Translations under genes and position numbers: made by a program
Source: a virus
Virus record (IMG/VR): IMGVR_UViG_3300023174_003073
Coordinates: 106,987-170,986 of that record
Direction: 5' to 3' (one strand)
Length of the DNA: 64,000 bases
Notes under the pieces: generated by a model
Seen by the model: the letters and a program-made list of their open reading frames with translations, nothing else
The model's database searches: none
Told to the model about the DNA's origin: nothing
Shown: positions 30,906 to 40,740 of the stretch, in pieces
How the letters are laid out: the number at the start of each line of letters is the position of its first letter
How positions within the stretch are numbered: position 1 is the stretch's first letter

Positions 30906-31518
30906 GTGTAGCATGTAAATCATCAATTGACCCGTTATTATCAATGTAATGGTCGTATTCTAATCCTACACTAGAATATTCACTAGCATGAATTTTAGCC
31001 TTATCTAATTTAGCTTTGCTTAGTGACCAAAGACTATTTCCGTCAGGACCCTTATTGTATGCCTTGGCAGCATCATACCAATCAGGGTCAGGACCTCTGT
31101 TAGCTCTTAATGTAATTCCGCCTGCATTTTTGATAGCATTAACTTCATTGGGGAACCTACAATCAGTGATTACAATATCGTCTTTAGTTTGACGCAATTT
31201 GTTCTCTACACTTGCCACCCAGATATCATCATGGAAGTTAGCACGACAAACTTCTGTACCCCATTGCTGTAGTATCCATCTTGGGGTGAGTTCGGGTATA
31301 CCTAATCGGGCACCCCACCAAGGATCAACTTGTTCACGCCATTTACGGCTAGATTTAGTTGTACCTTCTAGCATATCTCTGTCCCAGCCAAAGACATTTG
31401 CTACTGCATCCTTGAGACTGGATGCAAAACTTATTCGTTTAAATTTATGATTAGTTACTAGATAGTCAGCAATTGTATCTTTGCCGCTTCCAATTAATCC
31501 TGTCACTCCTATAATCAT
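30871..31518 (-). CDS. deoxynucleoside monophosphate kinase (T4 gp1-like)
   Basis: IIGVTGLIGSGKDT, SFA..LK, TPR..LQ.WGTE..R, ITDCRFPNE, H.SE. Confidence 0.9.
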   Translation of the reverse strand: MIIGVTGLIGSGKDTIADYLVTNHKFKRISFASSLKDAVANVFGWDRDMLEGTTKSSRKWREQVDPWWGARLGIPELTPRWILQQWGTEVCRANFHDDIWVASVENKLRQTKDDIVITDCRFPNEVNAIKNAGGITLRANRGPDPDWYDAAKAYNKGPDGNSLWSLSKAKLDKAKIHASEYSSVGLEYDHYIDNNGSIDDLHATLSQLLSHHASN

Positions 31519-31575
31519 ACGATCTCCTGTAGTACTAATTGTATTACTAACGTATGACATATGCTAGTATTTAGG

Positions 31576-32346
31576 TTAACCTTGTACCCAAGTTAGTGGC
31601 TGACTATAGTCCACATATCGTTTCAAATCTTCTATCAATGCGGCTTGCATTTCTTTAGCTTCTGATTTTAATGTACCACCATTTAATTGAGTACCACCAC
31701 CCGGGCCTGCAATGCTAGCAAACTTTTCACGTGCTTCACCTAAAATATATTTCAATTGGCTAAGTGTCCAATCTCCGATCCAAACACCACTACCCGGATC
31801 CTGAAGTAAAGTAGATTCTGGTTTCTGAATGTCAGCCCAAATTAATATCTTTTCACCACTGCCTTTAATGTGTCTTACTAATCGGATTTCTTTAGTTACA
31901 TTATTGAATGTGTAGATAACATATCCACCAAACATACGTGCAGCCAATTCAACATATCCTGCATAAAAGTCATAAGTTGCTAACCCACCTGCGGAATTGT
32001 AATTAAGCAAATATGTGTTAAGAATGGCACTACTAAATGGGTCAAAACTGCTTCCAGCAGGTCCTGTTTCTAACCCAACAGTACGGCGGAATACTTGTCT
32101 TACATTAATAAATTCTTTAGGAAGTGTGTAAACATCCTGATCCACATGTAGTTCTAGCAATGTGTAAGATTCTTCGGTCGCATTTTGTGCTCGTTGACGA
32201 TATACTTGTACCGCATATTTGTATGCAGCCTCAAAATGTTCAGGATCTAATTCAACGTCAACTATACCTTCACCCATACGAAGGCGTAGATTTCTAAATA
32301 ATTCTTCTTTTAATGCGTCTAAACTAGTTGATTGCAGGATTGCCAT
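31576..32346 (-). CDS. neck protein (T4 gp13-like)
   Basis: LRMG..IVDVEL; K..LGEAR.KF..I.GPGGG..LNG..L..EA. Confidence 0.8.
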   Translation of the reverse strand: MAILQSTSLDALKEELFRNLRLRMGEGIVDVELDPEHFEAAYKYAVQVYRQRAQNATEESYTLLELHVDQDVYTLPKEFINVRQVFRRTVGLETGPAGSSFDPFSSAILNTYLLNYNSAGGLATYDFYAGYVELAARMFGGYVIYTFNNVTKEIRLVRHIKGSGEKILIWADIQKPESTLLQDPGSGVWIGDWTLSQLKYILGEAREKFASIAGPGGGTQLNGGTLKSEAKEMQAALIEDLKRYVDYSQPLTWVQG

Positions 32347-32349
32347 TGT

Positions 32350-32380
32350 GTTCTCCAGATATTGTATTTATCTGGAGAAC
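32350..32380 (-). promoter_or_regulatory. RBS-occluding hairpin overlapping late promoter GATAAATA
   Basis: 12-bp perfect stem GTTCTCCAGATA/TATCTGGAGAAC; GGAG SD in the 3' arm; promoter at 32365-32372. Confidence 0.75.
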
Positions 32381-32388
32381 TTGGTATG

Positions 32389-32979
32389 TTAGCGAAACTC
32401 AAATAAATCAGTTGCTAGCATATCAGCAGTGCCTAAAAGTTTTTTCATTCCTGAATTTGGAATACGCATTGCATAACTTTTACTTGTACCCTTTTTATTC
32501 GGTTTATGTTCAAGCACACCGTACTGTCCGCCTGAGATAGTCTGACCGGTAATAATTTCACCCTGTACTGTAAGTTCAGCCCTACAATCTTCGTATGCTT
32601 CCTCAAGATGTTTCTGAATTTCAGGATGTGACAAATCGACAACTTTACCAGATGCACTTGCATCCTCTCTGATGGTAACACGATATTGCTTTTGAAGTTT
32701 TTGTTTAAATGATGTTTCATTCCAAGGCGTGTTAATGATATCATCAAATTTCATATTACCTATAGTATGATGAGAATTAGTATTTGCTGACCTAGTTTTG
32801 ATTTCAATGTCAATAGTAGGTAAATCGACAGTACCATTGCTATCTATAGGAAATCCCTGCTTCTTCATAGCTTGTTCAAGTATTTTACCATTAGTACCGT
32901 CATTGACTTTTGATGGGTCCTTAAAGGGTACTTTTGATAAATCTACCTTAAGACTTTTAATTTTTACTTTGTTATTCAT
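32389..32979 (-). CDS. PD-(D/E)xK restriction-endonuclease-like protein
   Basis: G.ILE ... VDL...DIEIKTR catalytic-like spacing. Confidence 0.55.
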   Translation of the reverse strand: MNNKVKIKSLKVDLSKVPFKDPSKVNDGTNGKILEQAMKKQGFPIDSNGTVDLPTIDIEIKTRSANTNSHHTIGNMKFDDIINTPWNETSFKQKLQKQYRVTIREDASASGKVVDLSHPEIQKHLEEAYEDCRAELTVQGEIITGQTISGGQYGVLEHKPNKKGTSKSYAMRIPNSGMKKLLGTADMLATDLFEFR

Positions 32980-33410
32980 ACATCCCCTGCCTTTCTATTT
33001 TCACTGTTAAACACGTTAAACTCACCACCGGGATATCGTGCTTTAAGTTTCTCTATGTTCTCGGCAATAACATCATTAGGATCTAGGCGAAGTGCCCTGC
33101 AAGCATTGATCCAGTACCACATGATATCACCTAGTTCACGTTTCATATGGTAGACATTATCGTCAGTTAGGGGCTTACCTTGAAAGAAAATCTTCTTAGG
33201 AATCTCAATAAACTCACCTGACTCGGCTGCTAACCCTAGGCAAGCAGTAAGCAATAACGGGACGTTGATATCAGGCCCATGTGTGTCAGTAGCAGAATTA
33301 AAGCTACCGTCTATTTCATCTAACCGATTCATAAAGGTCGTCAAGTCATTACTAGGTTGACTGGTAACAGCCTTTACAAAATCACTATATTTGTTTAAAT
33401 CTACACTCAT
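32976..33410 (-). CDS. mazG: MazG-like NTP pyrophosphohydrolase
   Basis: GLAAESGEF.E..KK, ELGDIMWY, N.EKL..RYP. Confidence 0.88.
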   Translation of the reverse strand: MSVDLNKYSDFVKAVTSQPSNDLTTFMNRLDEIDGSFNSATDTHGPDINVPLLLTACLGLAAESGEFIEIPKKIFFQGKPLTDDNVYHMKRELGDIMWYWINACRALRLDPNDVIAENIEKLKARYPGGEFNVFNSENRKAGDV

Positions 33411-33595
33411 ACTAAATCCTTAAACATTTGTTTTGCCCCTCGTTCACCTAGATGGTAAACAAAGATTTCGCTTACTCGTTGCAACATCGCACAAGCCATC
33501 ATAAGCTGGTCCTCTTTGTCATCGCACATAAGTAATTGTTGTTCGACTGGAGCCATTAACTCCGTCATCCTTTCTTTTATATTATCATTATCCAT
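33407..33595 (-). CDS. hypothetical protein
   Basis: 62 aa, coupled on both sides. Confidence 0.6.
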   Translation of the reverse strand: MDNDNIKERMTELMAPVEQQLLMCDDKEDQLMMACAMLQRVSEIFVYHLGERGAKQMFKDLV

Positions 33596-34749
33596 TAGAA
33601 TGCTTTCAAAATAATCATATTCTCATTGAACCTACCATTAGGCGCAGTTGCTACTGCTTTAATCTCTTTAAAGTACTTACGTGCCGCAGGCTTGCTACCC
33701 ATTAGTTCTTTAATCTGCTCACCCGGCTTACGCAATGTTTTGACTTCACTTGTATTGCTATCAAAGCCTAGGATCGTATTACCCTTAACCGTAAAACACT
33801 TGCTATACTCGTCAGCAATGTAGTGATGCATCTTACGCTTTGCAGTATCATAGACCCATGCCTCACTTGCACCATGCAACTTAGTTGGATGCACACTAAT
33901 CAAGTCAAGTTTGTTAACTGGATCTTTGAATTCTTTCAAGTACTTGAGTTTAGCAACAATTTTCTCAACAGGAACTGCCTTGCGTTTGCGAGGTGCTTTG
34001 CTTGCTTTCTTAATTGAGATATAACTGTTCAAGTCACCTAGGACACTATCTACAAATTTGATAAGATTACGTACCTGTACTTTGCCTAAGAATGCATAAG
34101 CCTCGTTCAGGTCTTTATCTTGACCCTCGGATAGTTCGTTGAATTCTTCTGCTTTGCGTTTCCAAATCTCAACAATGATAGGGATATGTTGAGGCATGAC
34201 ATTGAATTTTGCAACAATGTCAACTGTCTTTTGTGTAGTCTTACCTGTAGTCATGTACTCGTCAAGCAAACCTTCAAGTTCACCTGCGGCTTCACCTGCT
34301 TTTTCACGCATCAATTCCTGAATGTTAGGACGATTGCTAGGTGCTACTTCTTTTACTACTTCTGGTTTATGAACCAGTTTCATTAGTCGGGAGATTTCGT
34401 TTTCTAGTGTAACTGATTCATGTTCGTTCAGTTCAAGACCACGCAAACTCATACGTGCTAACCAGCACAATGTCATAATGTATTCAGATTCATGTACCTT
34501 ACGCAAATACTTAGCATCTGCTGTTCGTTCATGGCTATCTAAGTATTGACATAATAGTTCTTTAGCGTCTTTTTTACCGTAGAACCTATTGTACCAAGTG
34601 AAACTATTAGTCAATGCAAGTTTCCTACCATCACTATCAGGTTGCAACGGGAAATAGGGCTCTTCGCCCATGTACTTCATATCAGCATCTTTTGGGTTCA
34701 GTGCTTTAACAAAGTGGTCTGCTGTTGCTTTGGGTTTACGTGTTGCCAT
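33595..34749 (-). CDS. conserved phage hypothetical protein (early)
   Basis: Start trimmed to MATRKP (AGGAG SD); downstream of a consensus sigma70 promoter. Confidence 0.7.
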   Translation of the reverse strand: MATRKPKATADHFVKALNPKDADMKYMGEEPYFPLQPDSDGRKLALTNSFTWYNRFYGKKDAKELLCQYLDSHERTADAKYLRKVHESEYIMTLCWLARMSLRGLELNEHESVTLENEISRLMKLVHKPEVVKEVAPSNRPNIQELMREKAGEAAGELEGLLDEYMTTGKTTQKTVDIVAKFNVMPQHIPIIVEIWKRKAEEFNELSEGQDKDLNEAYAFLGKVQVRNLIKFVDSVLGDLNSYISIKKASKAPRKRKAVPVEKIVAKLKYLKEFKDPVNKLDLISVHPTKLHGASEAWVYDTAKRKMHHYIADEYSKCFTVKGNTILGFDSNTSEVKTLRKPGEQIKELMGSKPAARKYFKEIKAVATAPNGRFNENMIILKAF

Positions 34750-34773
34750 AGTTACTCCTGTTACGATTTCATT

Positions 34774-34802
34774 ATTATATATGATTGTCCAATTATTGTC
34801 AA
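34774..34802 (-). promoter_or_regulatory. consensus sigma70 promoter TTGACA-17-TATAAT
   Basis: Exact consensus. Confidence 0.85.
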
Positions 34803-34838
34803 GCATTTTGTAAGGTAATACTTTTGCTTTAGGAATGC

Positions 34839-34846
34839 GATAAATA
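34839..34846 (+). promoter_or_regulatory. late promoter GATAAATA, 4 nt before ATG 34851
   Basis: Read directly. Confidence 0.65.
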
Positions 34847-34850
34847 CACT

Positions 34851-36539
34851 ATGCCAAGATTATCCTTATACCGCGAGAAAAAATCCAATGATTATAAGTT
34901 CTTTGACAGAGTTATCAAAGAGCAATTTACTGTAGGTGGAACGGATTTGTATGTCCATAAATATATGGGTATTTCGAATCAAGGACCAAGTGCAGACTTA
35001 TCACAACCTCAACGTAGCATATTAGACCCCACTAAAATACAAGATTTGTTATTCTTAGAAAATCGTGACCGCAATTATGCCCCTGATATCTATCGTCTAC
35101 GTGGTCATTATAATGTACAGAATTTAGACTTTGACCTAAGTCAATTTGGATTGTTCTTAAACAATGACACGATATTCATTACCATTCACTATAATGAAAT
35201 GATTGACTTGATTGGTCGTAAATTAATGGTAGGTGATGTATTAGAGTTACCGCATTTAACTGACTATCATCCATTAAATGAAACTATTCCTACAAGTTTA
35301 CGCAGATATTATCAAGTAACTGATGGCAATTTTGCAAGTGAAGGATTCAGTAGTACATGGTATCCGCATCTGTGGCGCATCAAGTGTGAGCCGTTAGTTG
35401 ATAGTCAAGAATTTTCAAGTATACTTGAACAACCAATTAATAAGGATACATATTTAGGAGTATGGGATAAATTAAAAACGTATGTTCCTGGATATGTTGT
35501 TACTTATGGTGATAAGAATTATACCACAATTACCAATGTTCCAGTTGGAACCCCGTGTACTATATTTGATGAGGCCACTCAAACATATATTCCTAATGCA
35601 CCGTATTGGGAATTAGACACTGCTGACAACTTGAAAGATATTTTGAGTAGATATAACACAAACATTGCAATTAATGATGCGGCAATTGCAGAAGCTAAAA
35701 GATTATTGCCTAAATCAGGATATGATAATAGTAATCTATATGTTGTTCCTACTGATGATAACGATGAACCTATAAGTGCAAATAGCATTGTAACATTAAA
35801 GGGTGCCCCTGTCAGACCAGAAGGTACTATTGAAGAAATTATTTCACGTGGACAAAATTACTTTGTTGTAAGAGTTGGGGCAGGTGCATTAAAAAGTATT
35901 TGGGATATGACCGCTGATGCTGATGACACTAAATTAGCAGAGTTTGTAAAAATGAGTTTGAAAGTTGCAAGAACAAAACCAAAACAAACAGAAACTGGTT
36001 CAGGGCAAGTTAAAGGTGATTTAGTATTATCAGTAAAAGCATTGAGTGCAGTCACTGGTCCCTATGGTACAACAGATAACGAATATAGTGAAGCCGACCA
36101 GAACCCAATATTAGATGGATTCACTGGTACAATTATTCCTGATATCATGGACTATCGTGCTGATAGTGATCCAAGATTCCATTATGTTGCAAAAAGCAGT
36201 CCAAGAAGTTTTGGATACTCAGGTGGCTACATGGTTGGCACAGGAGCTGCACCTAATGGTACTCCAACAGGTGCAGGTATTACATTCCCTTCTAGCCCAA
36301 TTAAAGGTGATTACTTCCTAAGAACAGATTATTTACCGCAACAATTATTCCGATGGGATGGTAGCTTGTGGGTTAAGATTAGTGAAAACGTTAGAACTGG
36401 ATCAGCATTAGGAAATGATGATGCAACAATGAGAGCATCTTTCATTAACAATACCAATGTAACCACATTAAGTGACGGAGTTACAACAATACCAGAACGT
36501 CAATCACTTTCACAGATATTAAAAATACAAACAGATTAA
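34851..36539 (+). CDS. neck/head-tail connector protein (gp14-like) with extension
   Basis: DFDLSQFGLFL..D...IT.H...M...IGRK...GDV.ELPHL; adjacent to the gp15-like gene. Confidence 0.6.
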   Translation: MPRLSLYREKKSNDYKFFDRVIKEQFTVGGTDLYVHKYMGISNQGPSADLSQPQRSILDPTKIQDLLFLENRDRNYAPDIYRLRGHYNVQNLDFDLSQFGLFLNNDTIFITIHYNEMIDLIGRKLMVGDVLELPHLTDYHPLNETIPTSLRRYYQVTDGNFASEGFSSTWYPHLWRIKCEPLVDSQEFSSILEQPINKDTYLGVWDKLKTYVPGYVVTYGDKNYTTITNVPVGTPCTIFDEATQTYIPNAPYWELDTADNLKDILSRYNTNIAINDAAIAEAKRLLPKSGYDNSNLYVVPTDDNDEPISANSIVTLKGAPVRPEGTIEEIISRGQNYFVVRVGAGALKSIWDMTADADDTKLAEFVKMSLKVARTKPKQTETGSGQVKGDLVLSVKALSAVTGPYGTTDNEYSEADQNPILDGFTGTIIPDIMDYRADSDPRFHYVAKSSPRSFGYSGGYMVGTGAAPNGTPTGAGITFPSSPIKGDYFLRTDYLPQQLFRWDGSLWVKISENVRTGSALGNDDATMRASFINNTNVTTLSDGVTTIPERQSLSQILKIQTD

Positions 36540-36547
36540 GGTTTATA

Positions 36548-37924
36548 ATGGCACAGTTTTTCTTTGATAATCAGATACGTAGATTTTTAATTCAGTTTGC
36601 AAGAATTTTCAGTGACTGGCAAGTAACTAAAGGTAAAGACCCTGCAGGTAATGACATTCTAATCCGTGTACCAATTCAATATGGTGATGCTAGTAGAATG
36701 GCACAGGCGCAAATAAGTAATAATAGTGCAAGTAGTTTACCAAGTGCACCGTTAATTACATATAATATCACTGGGTTAGAATATGACCAAAGTAGAACAC
36801 AAGATCCTTATTTTGTAGATAAATTGTCAATCAGACAACGTACATTCAATCAAGACACCGGACAATTTGAGCAAACACAAGGACAAGCATATACTGTTGA
36901 AAGACTAATGCCTGTACCATATAAACTAAGTGTCAATGTAGATTTTTGGACTACAAACTATAATCAAAAATTAGAATTAATTGAGCAGTTAGGTGTACTA
37001 TTCAACCCTGCATTAGAAATTCAAAGTACAGATAACTTTATTGATTGGACTTCATTATCAGTTGTTTACCAAGATGGGTTAACTTTTAGTAGTCGTACTA
37101 TACCCCAAGGGTCAGGTAATCCAGTTGATATTATGAGTTGGAAATTTCACATGCCTATATGGATAAGTGGTCCAGCCAAGATTAAGAAATTGGGAGTAAT
37201 TCAGAAAATTGTTGCTAGTATATTTAAAGGTTCTGCACTAACAGATATGCAAGATAGTGATTTACTATTAGGAACAAGGCCTAAAATTACACCATATGGT
37301 TATAAACTTTTATTATTAGGTGATACACTACAAATTTTACCTGCTGGCACTCCGATAGATGGAATCAATTTATCTATGCAACTAAATGAAAATGCAGATA
37401 GTTCAATTTATTGGTCTGCTTTTTTAAATGTATACGGTACTGTAACAAATGGAATTTCACAAATATGGTTAGAAAATCCATATATGGATACTGATATTGT
37501 AGGTACTATTTCTATAAATCCAACAGATGATAGAATATTATTATTTGATATCGATACTGATACACTGCCACAGAATACATTAGATCCAGTAACTAGTATC
37601 ATCAATCCGCAAACAAAAGGACCCAATCATGGACTACCGGCTCCTGTTAATGGACAAAGATATTTGTTAGTAGATGATATAGGTAATATTGACAATGAAG
37701 TTCCTGCTCTTGCTTGGGGAGATGTTGTTGCGTATGCAAATGATATTATACAATATAACAGTAGCACACAAAAATGGCAAGTTGATTTTGATAGTAGAAA
37801 TACAACCACAACTGAATATGTAACCAATTTAACTAGCAGTGTTCAATATAGATATACCGATGGCATGTGGGTTAAGTCATACGAAGGTTATTATGAAGCC
37901 GGAGATTTTTCTATAGTCATCTAA
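36548..37924 (+). CDS. tail terminator / sheath stabiliser (gp15-like)
   Basis: FFD.QIRRF..QF...FS, VPI.YG, YD..R, PVPY.L......WT....Q..EL.EQ...LFNP. Confidence 0.75.
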   Translation: MAQFFFDNQIRRFLIQFARIFSDWQVTKGKDPAGNDILIRVPIQYGDASRMAQAQISNNSASSLPSAPLITYNITGLEYDQSRTQDPYFVDKLSIRQRTFNQDTGQFEQTQGQAYTVERLMPVPYKLSVNVDFWTTNYNQKLELIEQLGVLFNPALEIQSTDNFIDWTSLSVVYQDGLTFSSRTIPQGSGNPVDIMSWKFHMPIWISGPAKIKKLGVIQKIVASIFKGSALTDMQDSDLLLGTRPKITPYGYKLLLLGDTLQILPAGTPIDGINLSMQLNENADSSIYWSAFLNVYGTVTNGISQIWLENPYMDTDIVGTISINPTDDRILLFDIDTDTLPQNTLDPVTSIINPQTKGPNHGLPAPVNGQRYLLVDDIGNIDNEVPALAWGDVVAYANDIIQYNSSTQKWQVDFDSRNTTTTEYVTNLTSSVQYRYTDGMWVKSYEGYYEAGDFSIVI

Positions 37925-37941
37925 CTGTGATAAATCATAGT

Positions 37942-38361
37942 ATGAAAGACAATACCTCAGCAGGAATCTTTTTTTACGCAAGTGATACACAAAGATTTCT
38001 TTATCTACTTAGAAATGATAATAAAAATCCAGGTAATTGGGGTATACCGGGTGGAAAAATTGAAGCAAATGAAACATTACTTGAAGGTGTTGAAAGAGAA
38101 TGTTTAGAAGAAGTAGGTTTCTTTCCAAAGAATGCTAAACTAGTTCCAATACAAAAATTTATTAACAACACATTCACATATCATACATTCTTTTGTAAAG
38201 TAGACAAAGAGTTTATTCCAGTATTGAATGAAGAACATTGCGGGTATGCTTGGACTGACAGTAAACACTATCCTAAGCCATTACATCCTGGACTGTTTAA
38301 CACAGTGAACTTTGATGTAGTACAAGACAAACTACAGAAACTAATAAAAAAAGCCGCATAA
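37942..38361 (+). CDS. Nudix hydrolase
   Basis: Nudix box GGKIEANETLLEGVERECLEEVG; start trimmed to MKDNTS. Confidence 0.9.
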   Translation: MKDNTSAGIFFYASDTQRFLYLLRNDNKNPGNWGIPGGKIEANETLLEGVERECLEEVGFFPKNAKLVPIQKFINNTFTYHTFFCKVDKEFIPVLNEEHCGYAWTDSKHYPKPLHPGLFNTVNFDVVQDKLQKLIKKAA

Positions 38362-38373
38362 TGCGGCTTTTTT
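38347..38373. terminator. bidirectional intrinsic terminator
   Basis: AAAAAAGCCGCA-TAA-TGCGGCTTTTTT between convergent genes. Confidence 0.85.
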
Positions 38374-38390
38374 GTTGATGCTTAATAATA

Positions 38391-39608
38391 TTAAGTGTTA
38401 GCAATTTTAACAGTTGTGTTCAATGTTGCTGAACCAAATGTCCATTGTACTGCTGAATCAGTAGCAAATTGTGTGCCAGTACCTCTAGTAACAGTAGCCT
38501 TACGACCATTTAGTTTTGTTACAAAATATGTGCCACCTGCACTATCAGTAGCAGTGATAGTCATTTCGCCAATTGCAGATACCGCTGATCCTTTTAATTG
38601 GCAAATTGCAATACCATCTGCTGTTTTAACTTTGAATCTTCGTGCACCAACTTGACGAATAATGTCACCAATTTTAGATCCATTGTCATCAGTATCAGCA
38701 TAAATGGTAATAGCATTTTCTTGATTACCTGCACTGTAAGGGATACCATTATCTGTAGTTAACACAGAAGTTCCTGCTGCCGTGCCACCACTGAATGTAG
38801 GAGCCGCATCAGAAACTGTCGAATACCCGGAACCCGTCTCACTCATTTCTACGCCACTAACACCATACGTGATAGTCAAGGTAGCACCTGTACCACCTGT
38901 TGGTGCAACTGTTGTTGATTTTGCTCCACTAGAGACACTAGTATAGTCACCTTGTTCAGCAACCGCAACAGTAGAAACTCCCCATGCAGTGATGTTAACT
39001 TGTAAATTAATACCGTTATAGTCTGAACCGGCTGCAACTTGAGTCTTAGTCATACCAATTGTATTGCTCGGTAATGCACCACTTGTCCACACACCACCGT
39101 TAACAATAGAAACTGCTGTGGCTGTACCTGTAGTTGAGGCTGTTACACGAACTCTTAATGGAGTTGCAAAACCAGCAATAGCAAATGTAAACTCGTCGCC
39201 CACATCGTTTGCTGAACCACCGTTGTTGAGTGTGATACCTACTACTGTTAAACCAGTAACACTGAATGTTGCCGGTGTAACTACACCAGTACCTGTTGGT
39301 AATGTCAATACATCAGCTAAATGATAGCCAGTACCAGCCGCTGTAGCAACAGCAGTCAATGCATGACCGTGTACTATACCAGTAGCACGTACTGCACCAA
39401 TACCTACTAAATCAGGATCGCTGAATGTTACTGTGGGCAACGCAGAAGTATATGTACCTTCTGTATTGATTGTAACACTTGCTACACCTTCACCACCAAT
39501 GCGGTCATCACTGTAGTTTTGACTGTTTGATAAACCACCTGTTGTTTGGTCGCCACCAGTACCGATGTTACGATTACCAAAATATTTTTTATTTAAACTT
39601 TTTGCCAT
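38391..39608 (-). CDS. virion structural protein, paralogue B
   Basis: G/T/S/A-rich; N- and C-termini nearly identical to 39620..40639. Confidence 0.65.
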   Translation of the reverse strand: MAKSLNKKYFGNRNIGTGGDQTTGGLSNSQNYSDDRIGGEGVASVTINTEGTYTSALPTVTFSDPDLVGIGAVRATGIVHGHALTAVATAAGTGYHLADVLTLPTGTGVVTPATFSVTGLTVVGITLNNGGSANDVGDEFTFAIAGFATPLRVRVTASTTGTATAVSIVNGGVWTSGALPSNTIGMTKTQVAAGSDYNGINLQVNITAWGVSTVAVAEQGDYTSVSSGAKSTTVAPTGGTGATLTITYGVSGVEMSETGSGYSTVSDAAPTFSGGTAAGTSVLTTDNGIPYSAGNQENAITIYADTDDNGSKIGDIIRQVGARRFKVKTADGIAICQLKGSAVSAIGEMTITATDSAGGTYFVTKLNGRKATVTRGTGTQFATDSAVQWTFGSATLNTTVKIANT

Positions 39609-39619
39609 TTTATTTTTCC

Positions 39620-40639
39620 TTAAGCGTTAGTTATAGATACAGAGACACCGTTTACTGGGGCACCAAATGTCCATGGAACACTTGAATCTGTAGCAAACTG
39701 AGTACCACCGTTAGATGCTTTGCGAACAACTGTGCAACGATGACCACCTAGTTTCTTAACCCAATATTCCCCACCGGCACTGTCAAAAGCAGTTAAGTCC
39801 ATTTCACCGGCTGCGTTTGCAACACCATCAGTTACTAGTGAACAAGTCATAACACCGTCTGCTGTTTTAACCTTGTAACGGCGTGCACCAACTTGACGAA
39901 TAATATCAGCTACTTGGCGACTTCCACCTGTTACATATGCGTAAGGGATGATAGCATTTTCTTGATTACCGGCACTGTAAGGAATACCGTTGTCTGTAGT
40001 CAATACGATTGTACCTGCTGGTACTGTACCATTTGTTGTACCTGGCTTAGTAAATGTAAATGTTTCATTACCTGTATAACCAGATCCTTTTTCAGTAATA
40101 GTTACTGTAGATTCTTTAACACGGAATGCAATGTCAACTAAGAATGTTGACGCTGTACCTGATCCTGCAATTTTAGTTAAAGTAATACCAACTGTATCTT
40201 TTGGAATGTCTGCAAGTGCTAGAGCATCACCCCGAGCCGCACCGGTTGCTATTACTGAGAACACAGCATTAGCACCTGACAAGTCAGTAACTTTAGCAAT
40301 CATTCCTGGTACACTTGCCACACCAAATGTGTCGCCAACTGCTAAGTTAGTTTTGCCTGCACCAGTTCCTACGCTTTCAACTTCAAATTGTGCAGTGTAA
40401 GTTGCTTGTACACCGCCTGGAATTGTCGGAGCTGGCAGTGCTGTTAGTGCTGTCAACACTTGAACGTTACTGTTGCCTTGGAATGAACCAAGTGTTGACC
40501 AGTTGATACTAGCAATGCCTTCGCCACCAATTCTGTCATCACTATAATTTTGACTGTTTGATTGATTACCAGTAGTCTGGTCACCGCCGGTACCAATGTT
40601 ACGGTTACCAAAATATTTTTTGTTTAGATTAGCTGCCAT
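39620..40639 (-). CDS. virion structural protein, paralogue A
   Basis: As for paralogue B; late promoter at 40721-40728. Confidence 0.65.
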   Translation of the reverse strand: MAANLNKKYFGNRNIGTGGDQTTGNQSNSQNYSDDRIGGEGIASINWSTLGSFQGNSNVQVLTALTALPAPTIPGGVQATYTAQFEVESVGTGAGKTNLAVGDTFGVASVPGMIAKVTDLSGANAVFSVIATGAARGDALALADIPKDTVGITLTKIAGSGTASTFLVDIAFRVKESTVTITEKGSGYTGNETFTFTKPGTTNGTVPAGTIVLTTDNGIPYSAGNQENAIIPYAYVTGGSRQVADIIRQVGARRYKVKTADGVMTCSLVTDGVANAAGEMDLTAFDSAGGEYWVKKLGGHRCTVVRKASNGGTQFATDSSVPWTFGAPVNGVSVSITNA

Positions 40640-40663
40640 TTTATTTTTCCTTTATATTATGGG

Positions 40664-40717
40664 CGTTCTAGGCCTACGCAGTGGCTTACTGCGTAAACTC
40701 TCATTCAAGAGCGAACA
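40664..40717 (-). promoter_or_regulatory. candidate structured 5'-UTR (multi-stem RNA)
   Basis: Outer GTTC/GAAC stem enclosing GCTCT/AGAGT and TACGCAGT/ACTGCGTA stems; starts about 4 nt after GATAAATA. Confidence 0.45.
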
Positions 40718-40740
40718 TTGTATTTATCTTTTTTTGGGTA

